From Acanthaster planci (taxonomy: Eukaryota): DNA of 64,000 nucleotides. The stretch is taken from contig NW_019091361.1 in assembly GCF_001949145.1 (NCBI RefSeq), forward strand, positions 1,590,866 to 1,654,865. The letters run 5' to 3'. Shown here piece by piece: positions 49,770-63,728 of this stretch. The notes beneath the pieces were generated by a model, which was not told the DNA's origin, made no database searches, and saw only the letters and a program-made list of their open reading frames with translations. How positions within the stretch are numbered: the stretch's first letter is position 1; every line of letters begins with the position of its first letter. The position numbers and the translations under genes are program-made.

Positions 49770-52240
49770 TTTTATTCGTGTTTCTCTTTTGTATTACTTT
49801 AAATTTAACAAAGACAGAAATCAATACATGGTCAATTCACATTAGTCACTACGGTAATCAATTACACGGCAAAGAAAAAAAACCCCCATTTAACACTGAA
49901 TTTAGCAGAATTTCCGTCAGAGGTAAAAATAAATCTGTCTGAGGCATAATATCTTTTTAAATCGTCTTTAAACAATAAAAATGATTGTTACCCCCCTTCA
50001 GTTTCCTCTTACAAATATGGAAGTGGCAAAGCAAAAGAATTAAATTGAGTACGTTCCTGGAGTTATTAGAAATTGCGAAATGGATAGTTTTGTTATCCAA
50101 AAGCGTATCAATGGTCAGGGTAGTTTTCAGCCAATCGCCGACCTGATTCGAAAAAGAGGTGGAAAACACTTACAAGTACAAAAAGATGCATCATGGTTTC
50201 ACTCTTAGCTCGACAAAACGAACACAAGTCATTATCTCTTTCACCAACTTTAAACAAATAAGAGTTAGCAGCCAAATTCTGTGAATAAGTCTATATTGAA
50301 ACCATCGCAATTTAGTATCCCATGTTAACTGAAAGGGCAAATTGCATAACTTCAACCATTCCGTGAAAGGAAGATTACAAGCCAGCTTCATTTGCCATCT
50401 ATCAATAAACCTATGGACAACCTTCATTGCAGAGGAAAGAATATGATACAGACAAGTAGGGCTTTTTTATCCAGCATAAGTAACTGCAAAATTAAAAGAA
50501 ATTGGGGAATTGACCTGTGACAATGTGCTTCGAAAAGATTTTCAAACAGTATTGATAATCCGCTGTACTCAAAAAAAAAAGGTCCTGATGTCAAATTTTA
50601 GCATAAGTTATCTAGGCTTAAGTTATCTAGGCTCACTATCGAGCAGGTCGCTTACGACATTGACTCCTTTTGCTCATAAAAAAATACACTTATTGCCAAT
50701 CGTAATTCTATAGTTGTACTACAAAACATTTTCAAGCACATCCCGTCCTTGAGAAGGGGCATGACACTGAACAGGAGGACTCCAGGCTTTAAAACGTCAA
50801 TCCAAAACTGATTTGGATACATTACATTATGGAGCGTCAAAAGTGGACAACCCCATTTTCTCATTTTCTGCTAGTAGATTTTCGGGATTTTGGACTTCGC
50901 CTTAAGCATTTTCAAAAAACGCAATTTTCCTCAAGGAGAAATTTTGAGTTTACTTTAACAACTCTCGTGGCGTGTCAAAAGTGGACAACTAAAAACTTCA
51001 AATTCCCACTGGCAAAATTACTGTCCTGCTCCAAAGGTGGACAACCCCATTTTCTCATTTTTGCTTGTAGGTTTTCGGGTTTTGGGAATGTGCGTAATGT
51101 GCATATTCAAAAACTCAATTTTCTGCTAGCAAAAATTCGGAATTTACTTAAAGAAGTCTTCGTGGCGCGTCAAAAGTGGACAACGAATAGAAATATTGCT
51201 ATTCAACATCTACGGATCCACGTACACTTAGTAAGAGCTTCAATGTATATAAACTTAAATCATTCATCTTGATAACACCGCCATGTTTATAATCTCGAAT
51301 CATTTGATTCCTGGTAACTCTGTCTACCCCTTCCATATAAATTTATACAGCATAGTATTTAAATTCTCAATAATATCTGGGGACGGAACTGGAAGAACCA
51401 AAATCAAAAAGGTAAATTTGAATAAGATAAGTGATTTAACAACTGTGACTCGACCAAGAACCGTTAAATTTCTCTTAGACCAATGATCGATTAAAATCGC
51501 GGTGGTTTCAAGCACTCTACTATAATTTATGATAGTCATATTATCGAGATTGACGGTAAAAATCAATGCCCAGGGCTGTAAAACTATCCTCAGCGCAAAC
51601 TCAATGGACATAAATATGCTTACAGAGGCGTTTCTGACGTCTCTTACTGCCACGGATCCACATAGCATAAATTTTATCTATGTTCACTCTGAGACCAGAG
51701 GCATTACCCAAATCACCCCAAATCGTAAAATCTCTATCAAAAGACTGCTCTGTACCATCTAAGAAGAATACTGTATCATCAGCGTACTGAGAAAGCTTAC
51801 ACTCTTTATCGTCTACTGAAATGCCTTAAGAATTTTGTCATTTCGAACAAGCATACCATTATTTTCCGCACACAAAGAAACAAACTCAAACCGGCTCTTG
51901 ACGACAACCCGGCTCTATCTTAAACAATTCTGGTAAAAAAAACCATTTACAAACACCAAAGCGGTCGCACCACTGTAAAGAACTTGAAACCATTCCTGAA
52001 CAGAGGGTCCAAAATTAAAGAGATCCAACATCTCACTAATAAATTCATGTGAGACTGAATAAAAAGCTTTCTCAAAATCAATTAACAAAGACATCAGGAA
52101 AATTATTGTTCTCCGTATAATTAAGCAAATCATACATCAGGCGAATATTCTCCCGGTATAGCGTCCCTGCAAAAAAAATTGATTTTCATGGATACTTGTG
52201 GAGAGGCAGTTTTGAGTCTCTCTGAAATGAAATGGAGGCC
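49770..52240 (-). mobile_element. Decayed, 5'-truncated non-LTR retrotransposon (L1/Tx1-type ORF2 RT remnants)
   Basis: Frameshifted minus-strand fragments read GENIRLMYDL, LLIDFEKAFYSVSHEFI...FNFGPSVQEWFQVLY, KLSQYADDTVFFLD (RT catalytic YADD), LTVLGRVTVVKSLIL...YKFIWKG and DTKLRWFQYRLIHRI. Many stops and frameshifts. Confidence 0.85.
50829..51184. repeat. Satellite-like tandem array inserted in the LINE
   Basis: The motif caaa(a/g)gtggacaac occurs at ~50838, 50976, 51032 and 51171. Two ~150-195-bp blocks share ccccattttctcatttt...ttttcggg...cgtggcg(t/c)gtcaaaagtggacaac. Confidence 0.7.
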
Positions 52241-52734
52241 CTAAATATTGTTCAACACCCACTGAACCAACAGTACTGTTATATACAGCCCATAGAATCT
52301 GCTCTTCTGTTTTTCCTACAAGTAGATGCTGGAAATGTTATACATCTCCCGCAGCTACGAGATCATCAGATAATAACACACCTACTACTAAATGAAACTA
52401 TAACACTTTTTAAAATTAATGGGACATATGTCCATTTTGAACGAATTTGAGGTAAAACAATAAACCACCCAAAAGGTGATATTTCTGCAAACTCCAACCC
52501 CCTTGGCTTGTAAACAAGTTGTAGGCAAAGTGAAAATAGTATATTAGGAACAGATTAGCATGTAGTGGCTGGTGTGTGGAGAGGTGAGATGCCTGAATGG
52601 GCTGCACATTGCTTCGAAGTTCCAGCGAGTTCAATTATTTTTCTTCAACAGGATCTCAATCTCGTTTAGTGACTTAGTGTAATGGTTCGCACATTAAGCT
52701 AGTTGACCCATACTTAGTTGGTAACTACTAATTA

Positions 52735-52930
52735 GTTGGTAATGAAAATGAAAATTGTGCACGAGAGATACGCTCGAAAAAACGGGGATTTGTGCTGCCA
52801 AAATGTCTGCTTAATTTTTATTTAAGAAGTTCGAAAGTCCGGGAAGGTGGAACTATTATGATTATACATGTACGAGCAAATAACATCTTGGACACCCAAA
52901 AGGTTATACCTGTGTTTACTCATCAGTTTA
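52735..52930 (+). repeat. Dispersed direct repeat, copy 1 (copy 2 at 63530-63728)
   Basis: Colinear shared blocks: ggtaatgaaa, ttgtgcacgagaga, gggatttgtg, caaaatgtc, ttaatttttat-taagaagtt, tacgagcaa-taaca, tacctgt-ttta-tca-cagttt. Confidence 0.75.
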
Positions 52931-55246
52931 GGTCTTTGGCCTAGCCTTTGATGAAAGCGGATTAGGTTCCCCTATAAACACGTATCACACCTTTGAAAAT
53001 ACCTGAAATAAAGGACCTTTGTTGTTCACAACCCTTTTCTTCGTTCTTCAACTTTTCCAGAACACATGTCACACAGTATATTTCGAACACAATCGCGAAA
53101 TGTGGACGTTAGGTCCCTGTTTTCCTTCGTTTGTGACGACTTCGAACGTGTACGATACGTAAACGTAAACTTCCCATTGTATGTACTTGTGGCTTTTGGG
53201 TCCCAGAATGGTAAAACTGGAAACAATGCCTTAAAGCCAATAATCCAAATTCCTCAGCATAGCACCCACGTGCTTTGAAAATAACGCATTTTGCACGGTT
53301 AAGGTGCGGGTAAAATAATTGAAGTACACAATGGGCCCTAATCAATGAAGCTCCCAGGGGGGTCGAAGGGTTTGAGCCCTCAGGAATTGTCAAAGTTTTT
53401 ACTTTCTAAAAACGAAGGCACGTTATTCAATTAGATATGTACACCCACATCTTAATAAGCTACTTATATGCCTTCCCAGCTAAGTTCCTGTGACGCAGCC
53501 GGGGAGCACCATCAGCTATTTGGAGGGTAAATTCCCTTCCAATCCGTCGACAGATCCTGGATGTGTTAATATAAGCCTCGTTTCAATATCGTCGTTTGTA
53601 ACGCAGGCAGAACGCAAGACCTGCTGACGCAGACACGAGCGAAAGAGACGGTGTATGGTGTCATTCCACCGCAAAATTGAAAGAAAATGGCGTCGGAACT
53701 CCATGATTTTTTTCGAGGAAAATACCCTTTTAGATCGACTTTATCTCTTCACAGTGCCAAACCTCCACTCCAGTTCATGCAGCTATTTAGTTGATCACTA
53801 GGGTGTGATATAGGCCTGTAAGCATTAAAGACAATGGGCAAAATTCATGGACTTAAGTGCGAAGGACATTGTTGCATGCTGGTCACACCAGCATGCGTGT
53901 TTGTATGGGGATACCACAGCTATACTCGACGCAGACAGTGGGCGAAGTTGAACCTGGCTCAACGTTGCCAATCGTTAGCAGGCTGGTTTGCGCTTGTCTG
54001 CCTGGTCGGCTACACCTCTGACATGTTTTCATTTGTCTACGTTGCAATTCGCGTCTTGATTGCGTTGCTCTCTGCGTTTCTTACGTCGATTTGGAAACCA
54101 GGCTTTACTGGACCATGTTGGAACGAAACGTAACAAATAGGGGTACATACTCGGTTCGCCTGTCCCTTGTTCAGTGCAAAAAACAAACAAACAAACAAAC
54201 AAAAAACCAGCTGATAGCTGATGTCGGCGAAAGACCAGGCAGCACACTGATAACGAATAAGGAAAGAAAATCTGAACTGAACTCACACCTATATTTATTT
54301 TGTACCTTGATCCTCTTTATGGACTTTTTCTTACCTGGATTGATAAGTTTTTGTTTACTGTCACACATAGGATGTCGTTTAAGCACATTTCAGGCCCAGC
54401 TCAGATCGAAATGCACAGCTTCAACTTAATTTTATTTTACAACCTCGTGCTCATGGAGCCAAACAGCACGATCGCTTCTTGCTGATTTCTGGCACCAGGG
54501 CTTTGCTTTTGTAACATTGAACACATCGCAGCAGGGCATTAAAACTTTCTACCATCCGTCATATTAATCAGATGAACTAGCTCTGTCGATACTGACAAAA
54601 CGCAAAGCGCTACACTGTGGCAGATACTCTACATTGGGGCACTTTTGACATCGAAGGGAAAGCTATAGGATTAATTGCACGTCTTTGTCGCATACATACT
54701 GCAAACCTTTGGGTTTTTTTTTCAAAAAAGTGTATTGGTGGTCAGAGTACATTGCACACTTCATTTAAGTCACTGTGTTATTCTGAATACCGTGTGTTAA
54801 ATACTATAGACTAGGGTATTGTCAGAATTCTGACGATTACGGCGTCGAAAATGAGAAGTACGTCACTTCAGACGTTTCCGTTTGTGGTCGAATTCATTCC
54901 CATTTCCGACCCAGCCTCACAACCGGACATAATAAACATAATAGAGCAGTACATATGTTTGGAAGCATGTCAGTTCTCTCCTTATGATAAATCATTCACT
55001 CTCTCCAGGATTTACTGTTAAAGCTTTCGTTTTGAAGGTGGACCCTGGGAACGAGGCTGGAACGAAGCTTATATGAAGTTTGATCATGCTCTCCGTAGGG
55101 TCAAAGGCCATTCGTGCACTAGGCGAAGTGATGGTACTTTACCTTTACCTCACTTTGCCAGTAATTCACATTGTGACAGATCCAAGCACAGCGAAAGACG
55201 AATTAGTCGGTCTTCTCAACATTGGTTAAAAGGGTTGACTGTGACC

Positions 55247-58200
55247 ATGAAGTGCATCCGTGTAACCGCTCCTAAGGAGCCCCTGGTCTTCCTTGACAAT
55301 GAACCGATCCCAGAAGCTCCTGATAATGGAGCTGTTGTGAAGGTACAGGAAGTGCTTTGTACTCATATATATGAGATTAGTGGACGAGACAAATAATAGA
55401 ATAGACATATGATGTTAATTCGAGTTTCATATGGAACTATCTGAAACTCTGGCTTTTGCGCAAGTCTACGTGACACAATGGGTGCAAAAATACTCGAGTG
55501 TAGAAAATTGTACTTTAACGTTGATTCATGGTTAGCCCATAGTGATTTTACAAGTCGTTGAAGTTGTCGACGTCATTTCAATAATGGACCTAAAGATCTG
55601 CAACGGACTTAACATCCTGTGTCGTTTCGTATTTAAATCCTTGTTACATTTATTTTGTCTCCAAAACAAAATTGGTCAGATTTCCTACGGTGGAATGTGC
55701 CATTCGGATGTACACTTCTGGAATGGAGATGAAAATGTGGGTGGCGGCAAAGGTCTTCCACTCTTTAAGTACCCTTGCATCCCAGGTAGGCATATCACTA
55801 TAATGATTAAAATGGTATTCAGTATTTATCTGCAGGGCATGAGATTAGTATATCTAAGCACAATGCAATCCCGGTCCGCATTGTCTTACATTCGAATTTG
55901 ATTCCGAGTACAGAGAACAGTACCGCAACTCAACCTCACTGAGTTGAAAAGCGAGTTTAAAACCCGTACCCTTTTCAAATCTCGGCTTCGTTGTGCATGC
56001 GGATTTATGCACAGCTCTAGAATCACTTTCATGTGTTTACCACTGAACTGATTGAAAAGTCCACAGAAAAGCCGATTGGCGTAAAAACTGGGATACATAT
56101 GGCGGGGTCACTCGCTCCCCCATTTTTGGAGGGGGTAGAGGAAAACAGTAGCAAGCCCGACTATCAGTATGGATTCTTTTTTTTTTCCTTCTCTAATTTC
56201 TGAGTGGGGAGAACATGGGACAGGGTTTCATTGTCACCATTGCTGCGACACTGCATCACTGTCACTTAAACTGGTGCGAAAGAGGCGATCGCTTCAAACT
56301 GCCGCATCCGGGAACGTGGCAGGCAAAAAGGTTTTAAACTGGGTTTAAACCAACGTTTTGGGGAAAATCTCAATAGGTCAGAAGATATGGTGTTTCGAGC
56401 AGATAGTAACCGCTATAACACAAGTATTCCCATTTTCTTGCTTCAAGGACATGAAATAGCCGGCGTTCTTTTCTCTTTGGGTGACAGCGCCACCAAGAAC
56501 AACGAGAGTGGTCTGAAGCCGGGAGATCGTGTGGTTGTCTATCCGTGGATCCATTGTCATGCATGTAGCTCATGCAAAGCTGGACATGGCGAGTTCTGCA
56601 AGGATGAAACCCTATTGCGATTGACGAGTATTGGACTGAGACGTGACGGCGGGTATGCAATAACTTGTCTAGTTCACCCCCCCGGAAAAAATATTCATGA
56701 GAGTGACATTTATGTTTTTGTTTTGGGACGATTCCTCTGTGATTCTGACCAATTTGTTTAATAGGCGAATCCAATGACGTCTCGCTGAATATTTCTGATA
56801 CCCCCTTTCGGATCGTGTTGGGTTTTGTACGGAACAACTGTCACGTAACAGCGCCTCGGCTCCGCTCAACAGTTATCACAACGCATTTAGTCGGGGCCAC
56901 CAAAAATGGCGAGTGAAAGCGCAACCATTCTGTAAAACCCAAGTGTTTGACTTCTAAACGCACATTAAACGCAAATATTTTTCAACACTTTTAAACATGT
57001 TGACACTAATAAACACATACGCCATGTTTGTGCTGAACACACTAATCTACTATATAAACACAACGTATGTTAAATATTTTGTTTAGCATATGTTAGGTTT
57101 TTAAACACTTTTTAATTATAAACTCGTTTTTGTGTTAATTACTTACACATCTAAATGTTTGTACAGGCTGTAACACCGTTTATACACTTTGACACAGTTA
57201 TAAAGGATAGTCTTTATTAACTGCACATTTTTAAGTAACGATGACTTCACGTCTTCAAGTCACACCCAGTGGCGTAGAGATCAAGTGGCAAGCCAACCGC
57301 TACAACTGACTACGGGAACAAAAATTGGTTTAAATACTGTTGACAGACCTTACTTTTCAGAAAATTATCACCCATTCCAGATCCTGAAATATCTGTGCAT
57401 GTTACATGTACGAACCTGTGCGCACGTGTACATACAGCGCATGCGCCTAGTCGTTTCTTAAACGCTGGGCGGTACAACTGAACGTATTGTCTAAACACAG
57501 TGCTTGTTTTTTGGTTTGATAAGCAAGTGATTATCCACTCTGTACCCACTATTATACGAACAGTTTAAATTAAATATTTACAACATGGGATTTGAATTTC
57601 ATATCGGCACAAAAGAGTGTTGGCGGAAAATAATGGAATTCATGTTTTAAGCCGTAATAAACATGTATTTAATGTTCCCAATGATAAACCCTTTAGGCCC
57701 CTGTATGTTAAACACGTCCTTATCTAAACGCACCGCGTGTTCAAATGTTTGATGTGTTCAGTTTATAAACCACCAAACGTTCTTGGGTTTTACAAAGCAC
57801 GGTTACCGGTATTCATCACAGCTGCATTCAGCGGAAATATAATTCTAATGCTTCATCCAAAGATTACTGAATGATAATGTCTTTAAACATCATGACAGTT
57901 GGTCAGGCCAGATATAGAACTGCTCACTCACTCATCTTCCCGGCTGGATCAATTTGAGCAAACTCGTTGGCTGAGGTGTGCCAGAGAGTTGGAGCACAGA
58001 GCAAGTCAGGTTTTTTCGCATATGCCGAAGTATCCCAACACATAGTTTCTCACATTCTCCCCAGATTTGCCCAGTTCGTTGCCGTGCCAGACGTGCTGTT
58101 CGTGGTCCCTGTGCCCGCACCCATACCTCTGCCAGTGGCCTGTCTTCTCCCCTGCAGTGGGGTAACTGCTTACCACGCTGTAGAAGAAGGCGTTGAGTTT

Positions 58201-61200
58201 GTGAAAAATGTCACCGAGATCACAGGTAGACGGTTATAGCTCAAAGTAGCGCGGCCGGACTCCAGTTTATGAGCGAGTGTACCTAGGGCATCATTCTCTT
58301 GGGTAAACAAAGTCCCTTCTTCTCAAAATATAAGGGGGTAGTTACGCAAGCCATTTGACAAACACAAATCTGGAAGGTTATGACCGGGGATGCAGATCTT
58401 TATCACAAGGGCAGCTGTGTTTATTTGATTGTGGGAATGTACCGGCCTCAAAATAAAACCCAACAGATTTGAAAGAACCTCATCAGCATAGCAGAGATTT
58501 TGATCTGCAATAATAGAAAAAAACGAATCCAATACGATACACTTTCTTGTTTCTGCAGGTGGTTGCTCTGTCTTGACGATCGGAGCGGGTGGAGTTGGCC
58601 AGTGGGGAATTCGTTTAGCCAGAGCTATGTACCCTCCAGAAACACAAATCATGTGCGCAGAAATCAAGGTTTGCTTCACCATTCCGACCCCTTGAAGAAT
58701 ACCTCCCACCTGAAGGCATTTGTATCTGCGGCAGGGAATTACTGAACAAGCGTCCACGGGAAATGAATGTATCCACCAGCCGGCTGAGCCGACTGAATGT
58801 TTTAATGTGACGCTCTTATGGGGGTGCTGTCATGAGTGTGTAGACCTTTTTTTCACCCACGTGACTAGATTGCTCTAAATGTAAACAATATCACCACGTG
58901 TGGACCGCCTTGGCCACGGTGATCGCATATATTCCTGTGGGCAGCTTCAACCATGTACATGTACAAGCGCACGCGTGAACGCTGCAGGGTGCAGACCACT
59001 AATTCAAGTGAGAATTTNNNNNNNNNNNNNNNNNNNNNNNAAAAGAAATGGAAAGATAAGTGACCAGACAAGAATTTCATTTGTGTTTCAGAAATCTCAG
59101 GGATGTTGGCGTGCATGCTATTGGGCCCTGAACGCTGCTGATTTTACACTGTTTTCAATGGGGCTTGAATTAGTGGACTGCACCCTGCATGCTTGACTGG
59201 TTTTTCTTTTATTACATGTAGTAGATTACCATCACGACACTGTGCATTCGTTACCATCACAACACATCACGGTCCAGCACGATTGTGACATCACAGGAAA
59301 AAGGTCAACGCAGACTTTGTGATTCCTTTCAATTATAGGAAATCGTGTAAAGGATGATAACGGAGGTTGTACTCTTTTAACAGTCATTTGATATTTTTGT
59401 GTAGGCATCCAGAGGAAACTGCACCTTGCTATTTATCCGTATGCATCGCCTTGAAAATTTCTCACTGAATCTTTTTTTATATATATATTTTTAGTTGGAC
59501 ACACTGCGTCCCGTGGTAACTTTTGAGATGTTTCCATTTTCTAGAAAGAAGCTTTAGATGAGGTTGCCGGTAGAGTCCGTGGTGTTGAGCCGTTTCTCAT
59601 GGGTCGAGACCAGCCCAGCGACAGCATCGCACAGCAAGTCAAGGCGGCTTCCCGCACTGCTAAAGGCGTGAACCTCGTGCTGGATTTCGTCGGAGTAACA
59701 AAGACTTTCGAAATAGCTCAAAAGTCTCTTGATTTGGTAATTATTCAACCCCTGTTTTATAACTTGGGGACAATCGACCTTAGCAAATTTTATTGGTCAA
59801 GTCTTGGTGTTAGTATCGCTGATTTCTGGGAAAACTGTGACGACGCAGTGGAATAACAGTAAGCTAACCCAACCGGCTTGAAATATACATGTACCGGCGA
59901 ATTAATAAACTGAAATAAAAGCAGTTCCTTTGTGCTTTATCAACATTTTTCAAGTGCCCTTACAAAATCATGTAAGAAAAGTGTCCTCTATTAGATGTTT
60001 AAATACACGCTGAGATTTACACTGTGACCATTACGGACGGGATGGTAAAATAACAAGGAAAAGGATCCACATATACTATTTTATATACTTTATATGGAAA
60101 TCCCTTTTTTCTCTCGTGCTGTGAAAAATCCTTTACGCTGGATGTCTGACGATTTCCTCGACCGTTTCTCTTTATTTGTGCAGATAACTATGACACGTCT
60201 AAGTAACATTTATTCGATGAAAGTGGTACCTTTGGATTACTTTAAGATATCTCCAAATTAATTTCGAGATGCCTGTAAATGGAGTTAAAGATATCTTGCA
60301 ATCCATTTTAAGATATCTCAGATTAGTAATCACTAAATGCATCGTAAGATATCTCAATTTCATTTCGAGATATTTTGAAACTGATTTACCGATATAGATC
60401 TATCACAATCCATTTCGAGGTATCTTAAAATAATCAAAAGGATACCACTTTAATTGAATAAATGTTACTTATGCGCGCCAAAAAACTCAATAGCTGTGTA
60501 TTACAGACTCATCCATACTAAATAGTAAGATCTAAACGTATCAGTACTTTTATGTATTTACTTCTTGGCTCGCTGTCTTTAAGTTTCTTCTAATAATTGT
60601 TTTTATTTATTTGACCAAGCGTATGCACAGACACAACTCAATGAAAAAAAAGAAAAAAGAATACGATTGTATGGTATTGAGAGTGTAAAAGTAGTGATGC
60701 TGTTGCAGTCCTCGTCAGTACAGTATGCATATTTTCCACGTTCACGCATAGTACAGTCTTTGGACTCGTCACGTTGGCAAGTGTTCCAACATAGCTGTCT
60801 CTCTCTCTCTCTCACGTGCAGAATGGACAGTACCTCGCCACGGGACTCCTTGGTGGCGAAGCACAGTTTCCGCTTGCCAAATTGGTGCTTCGTGGCATCA
60901 CGATGAAGGGAATCATCATAGGCAGTCTGGTCCAGCTCAAGAGACTGGTTGAACTCGTGCTCAAGATGCCGGTGATTATTTAACGGCACCTCGTTATCTG
61001 TTTATGCATTCTGGGGTCCCTTAACAAGAGTTTGAATCATGTTGTAACGAGTCATCACCAGGAAATCAAAAAATGATCACGGGTCGTTCAGCCTAAGAGC
61101 TGCTTGACTGAAATTATTTTAAAAGAAATATATGGCCATTTTTAAATTCCCTTACTAGAATATATACTAAAGATCCGACTTGTGAGCTGACTCCCTAGAT

Positions 61201-61514
61201 TTCCCATGGGAGGGACCTGTCATCCAGAACAGCTGTATCCCCCAGAGACTCCCAATTGTCACCCTTTGTTTCTTTCAGTGGGGGAAATGTTAAAGGGGGC
61301 TGCTACTTATTACCCCATGACGACAGTATTTGATTGCATCCTGCTGCAGAGCAGTGAAATTAATGTACTTTTTCCTTTCCTTCATCAGTTCATATATGAC
61401 AACCTGACGTACAGCGTTCATTCGCTGGACGATGGCATCCAAATCATGGAGAAACTGGCCAAGGGACAGGTGGTTGGACGGGCCATATTGAAGTGTAACG
61501 ATGATGATGAGTAG
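55247..61514 (+). CDS. Zinc-dependent alcohol dehydrogenase (MDR superfamily), 8 exons, 381 aa
   Basis: Exons 55247-55342, 55680-55785, 56448-56652, 58065-58225, 58559-58668, 59545-59736, 60822-60971 and 61389-61514 total 1146 nt in frame. Catalytic Zn ligands are CHSD, GHE and LPCSG. Structural Zn site CHACSSC...C. Rossmann motif GAGGVG. C-terminus VVGRAIL. Confidence 0.92.
56931..57794. mobile_element. MITE-like insertion in ADH intron 3
   Basis: Perfect 13-bp inverted termini tgtaaaacccaag / cttgggttttaca, with further imperfect inverted similarity and AT-rich taaac/aacac subrepeats. Confidence 0.55.
59018..59040. other. Assembly gap (23 N) in ADH intron 5
   Basis: Run of Ns. The flanking exons join in frame, so no coding exon appears to be lost. 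Confidence 0.95.
60191..60480. mobile_element. MITE (~290 bp) with ~60-bp TIRs and internal agatatct subrepeats, in ADH intron 6
   Basis: taagtaacatttattc..aaagtggta.c.tt.gatta.tttaagata.ctc at 60197-60252 is the inverse of 60417-60472. Repeated agatatct-like units lie between them. Confidence 0.75.
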
Positions 61515-63529
61515 GCTTCTGGCAAATCCAAAATTCAACTGAGGAAAATGTGTAAATGAATTGGTAATGACAGCATTCTTTTTCGAGCGAGATCGAACAT
61601 CCAAATCCCCGTTTCTATTTAACAAAAATTCTATTTCATTGAGGGTGCATTCAGTCGTTATTGCACTGGTTTAAAATGTTGACACTGATTTTTGCGTGAA
61701 ATCGAATGTACCTCTGCAATCCCGCATTCATCTGAATTTGAACTCAATCTTTCACAGAATGTGCAGGTGATTTCCCGCGGAGTGTTATTTAACGTATACC
61801 TGGTCAAGAATTAGAATTTGTATGTGTGCTAACAGAGGATATATTCTTAGAAGTGTTTATTAATGGTTAAATGTTTCAATATTCATGACTGAAATAGACG
61901 GTTCGTGTGTCTTTAAAAACATACCAGCTATTGTATTGATCCTATACAAAAACCGACACTTAGGTAACCTTTCCTTCTCGTGCTACGTTTTTGCCACGAT
62001 CAAAGTTCCAACATGGCCTTCTTGCAGTGGCTGAAGGGGAAGATCAAAAAAAATTGCAGACTTTATTTGGTATACAGTTTGATAACAAACACACTATAAT
62101 CCTTCATGAGTAACATTACATTCATTATCAAAATGGTGTCATGATTTCTGTAGCCCTGTATATTTCTAATCAAATTGAATGCAAATTTTGTGAATTTGAA
62201 TTACAGCAAATGAAAATGAATACTCAATACCGACGGTTTATGGTAAAAGACAGATTTTCAGTGAATAAGATTGCACATTAGTTACAATTGGCAACGAATA
62301 CGGCAAATCAGAACCCTAATCAGTTATCTGTGTCCTCCTAAATGAAACGTAATGCACATTCATCTATTTGAAGGATGCAAAACGAAGTCGAATTCTCGTC
62401 AAACCATGTAACAGTACTTAGTTCAAGAAAATGAAATAAGAAAATAATTCATACTTCCGTTGCATTAAGTCTGCTTGCTGTTTCTAGGTTAATGTGATTC
62501 CATTCATATGGATAATAAGACTATCTTTACTCTTGATTACGCAAATTTACATACGACATGCATTTGCAAGCAATAGTTGTCGTTAAAATGTATATAATGA
62601 ACACCTCATAGTGAGATGTGTTTTCATTCGAAGTAAAGTTTGAAAGAGCCATTTGGAAAAATCTTTTATAAAATAACTCTGCATTACAATTTCCACTAGC
62701 AATTTTTAATTTCACTAAACTTCAACTAACGCACTTTGGAGAAATGGTTGAATCTGAAATTTACCTACCTTTGGTTTCTCTTCTTGAAAGTATATAATTT
62801 TTCATTGAATTCTTATGGGCATGTTGCAGACGGGGTCGGCGGCATAGAAAAGTTTCCCTAGAGCTAAAATTATAGTCAGAAATGACAATCAAATTGGTGC
62901 ACTAATAGAAGTTCACGCTGAAAACACTGGGCAAGTTTGGGCGCGAACTATAGTTCGACCGGTGGTCAGTTAGGGCCTACTTTTAAAAATGCGCATGCGC
63001 AATTACACTCGACCCTAGTCGGTCACCTCTTTAAAATCTCGTCCTTACATTTCATCGTTGGTTGCGATTCTCGCAGGGTACATTGTCATTGTAATCTCGT
63101 ACAGTTATTTTCATATGAATGGTTCCCTCTGTTATGATAAATGAAATGGGTTATTGATAACCAGCGGTGCGACCGTACCCTAGAGCTTGGTCCCAAACGG
63201 TCGACTAGATAGTCTAAACAGTTCATTGTTCATGTGGTGTTAGTCGAAACTATAGTCGTTGCTCGAATTGTTTCCTGATAGTCTTGTGTACAGTAACTAA
63301 GCTTTAGAAATAAGAACAGTAGTTTAATACTTTAAAACGACATTCACCTTGCTTCGACGAAGGATTAAAATTGTTATATGTTTTCTTCGTGTTGAAAGTA
63401 AGTTTTTGTCACTTTTATATTGTCATCAAAGCAAACACGAAAGTTGGTTTTGTTTGTTGCGTACAAACGGCAGTGACGTCATAAGATCTGAATGGACAGA
63501 TCTTCCATGGGAACTGCATGTACATAGTC

Positions 63530-63728
63530 GGTAATGAAAGTGAATTTGCCTGCCTAAAAAGATTGTGCACGAGAGAAGAGCCAGAAAAAGCAGGGATTTG
63601 TGTGGTCAAAATGTCCGTTTAATTTTTATCTAAGAAGTTTGGAAGTCCAGGAATCGAGAACTCATATGCTTACGAGCAAGTAACACTTTGGAAACTCGAA
63701 CGGGTACCTGTCTTTATTCAACAGTTTC
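63530..63728 (+). repeat. Dispersed direct repeat, copy 2
   Basis: Colinear similarity to 52735-52930. Confidence 0.75.

Noticed and set aside
50829..51184. CRISPR-like repeat-spacer pattern
   Set aside because: The context is eukaryotic, spacing is irregular, the 'spacers' are homologous to each other, and there are no cas genes.
54828..54858. CTGACGA...GAAA hammerhead-like spacing
   Set aside because: Stem II pairs poorly and there is no valid stem III/UH cleavage site.
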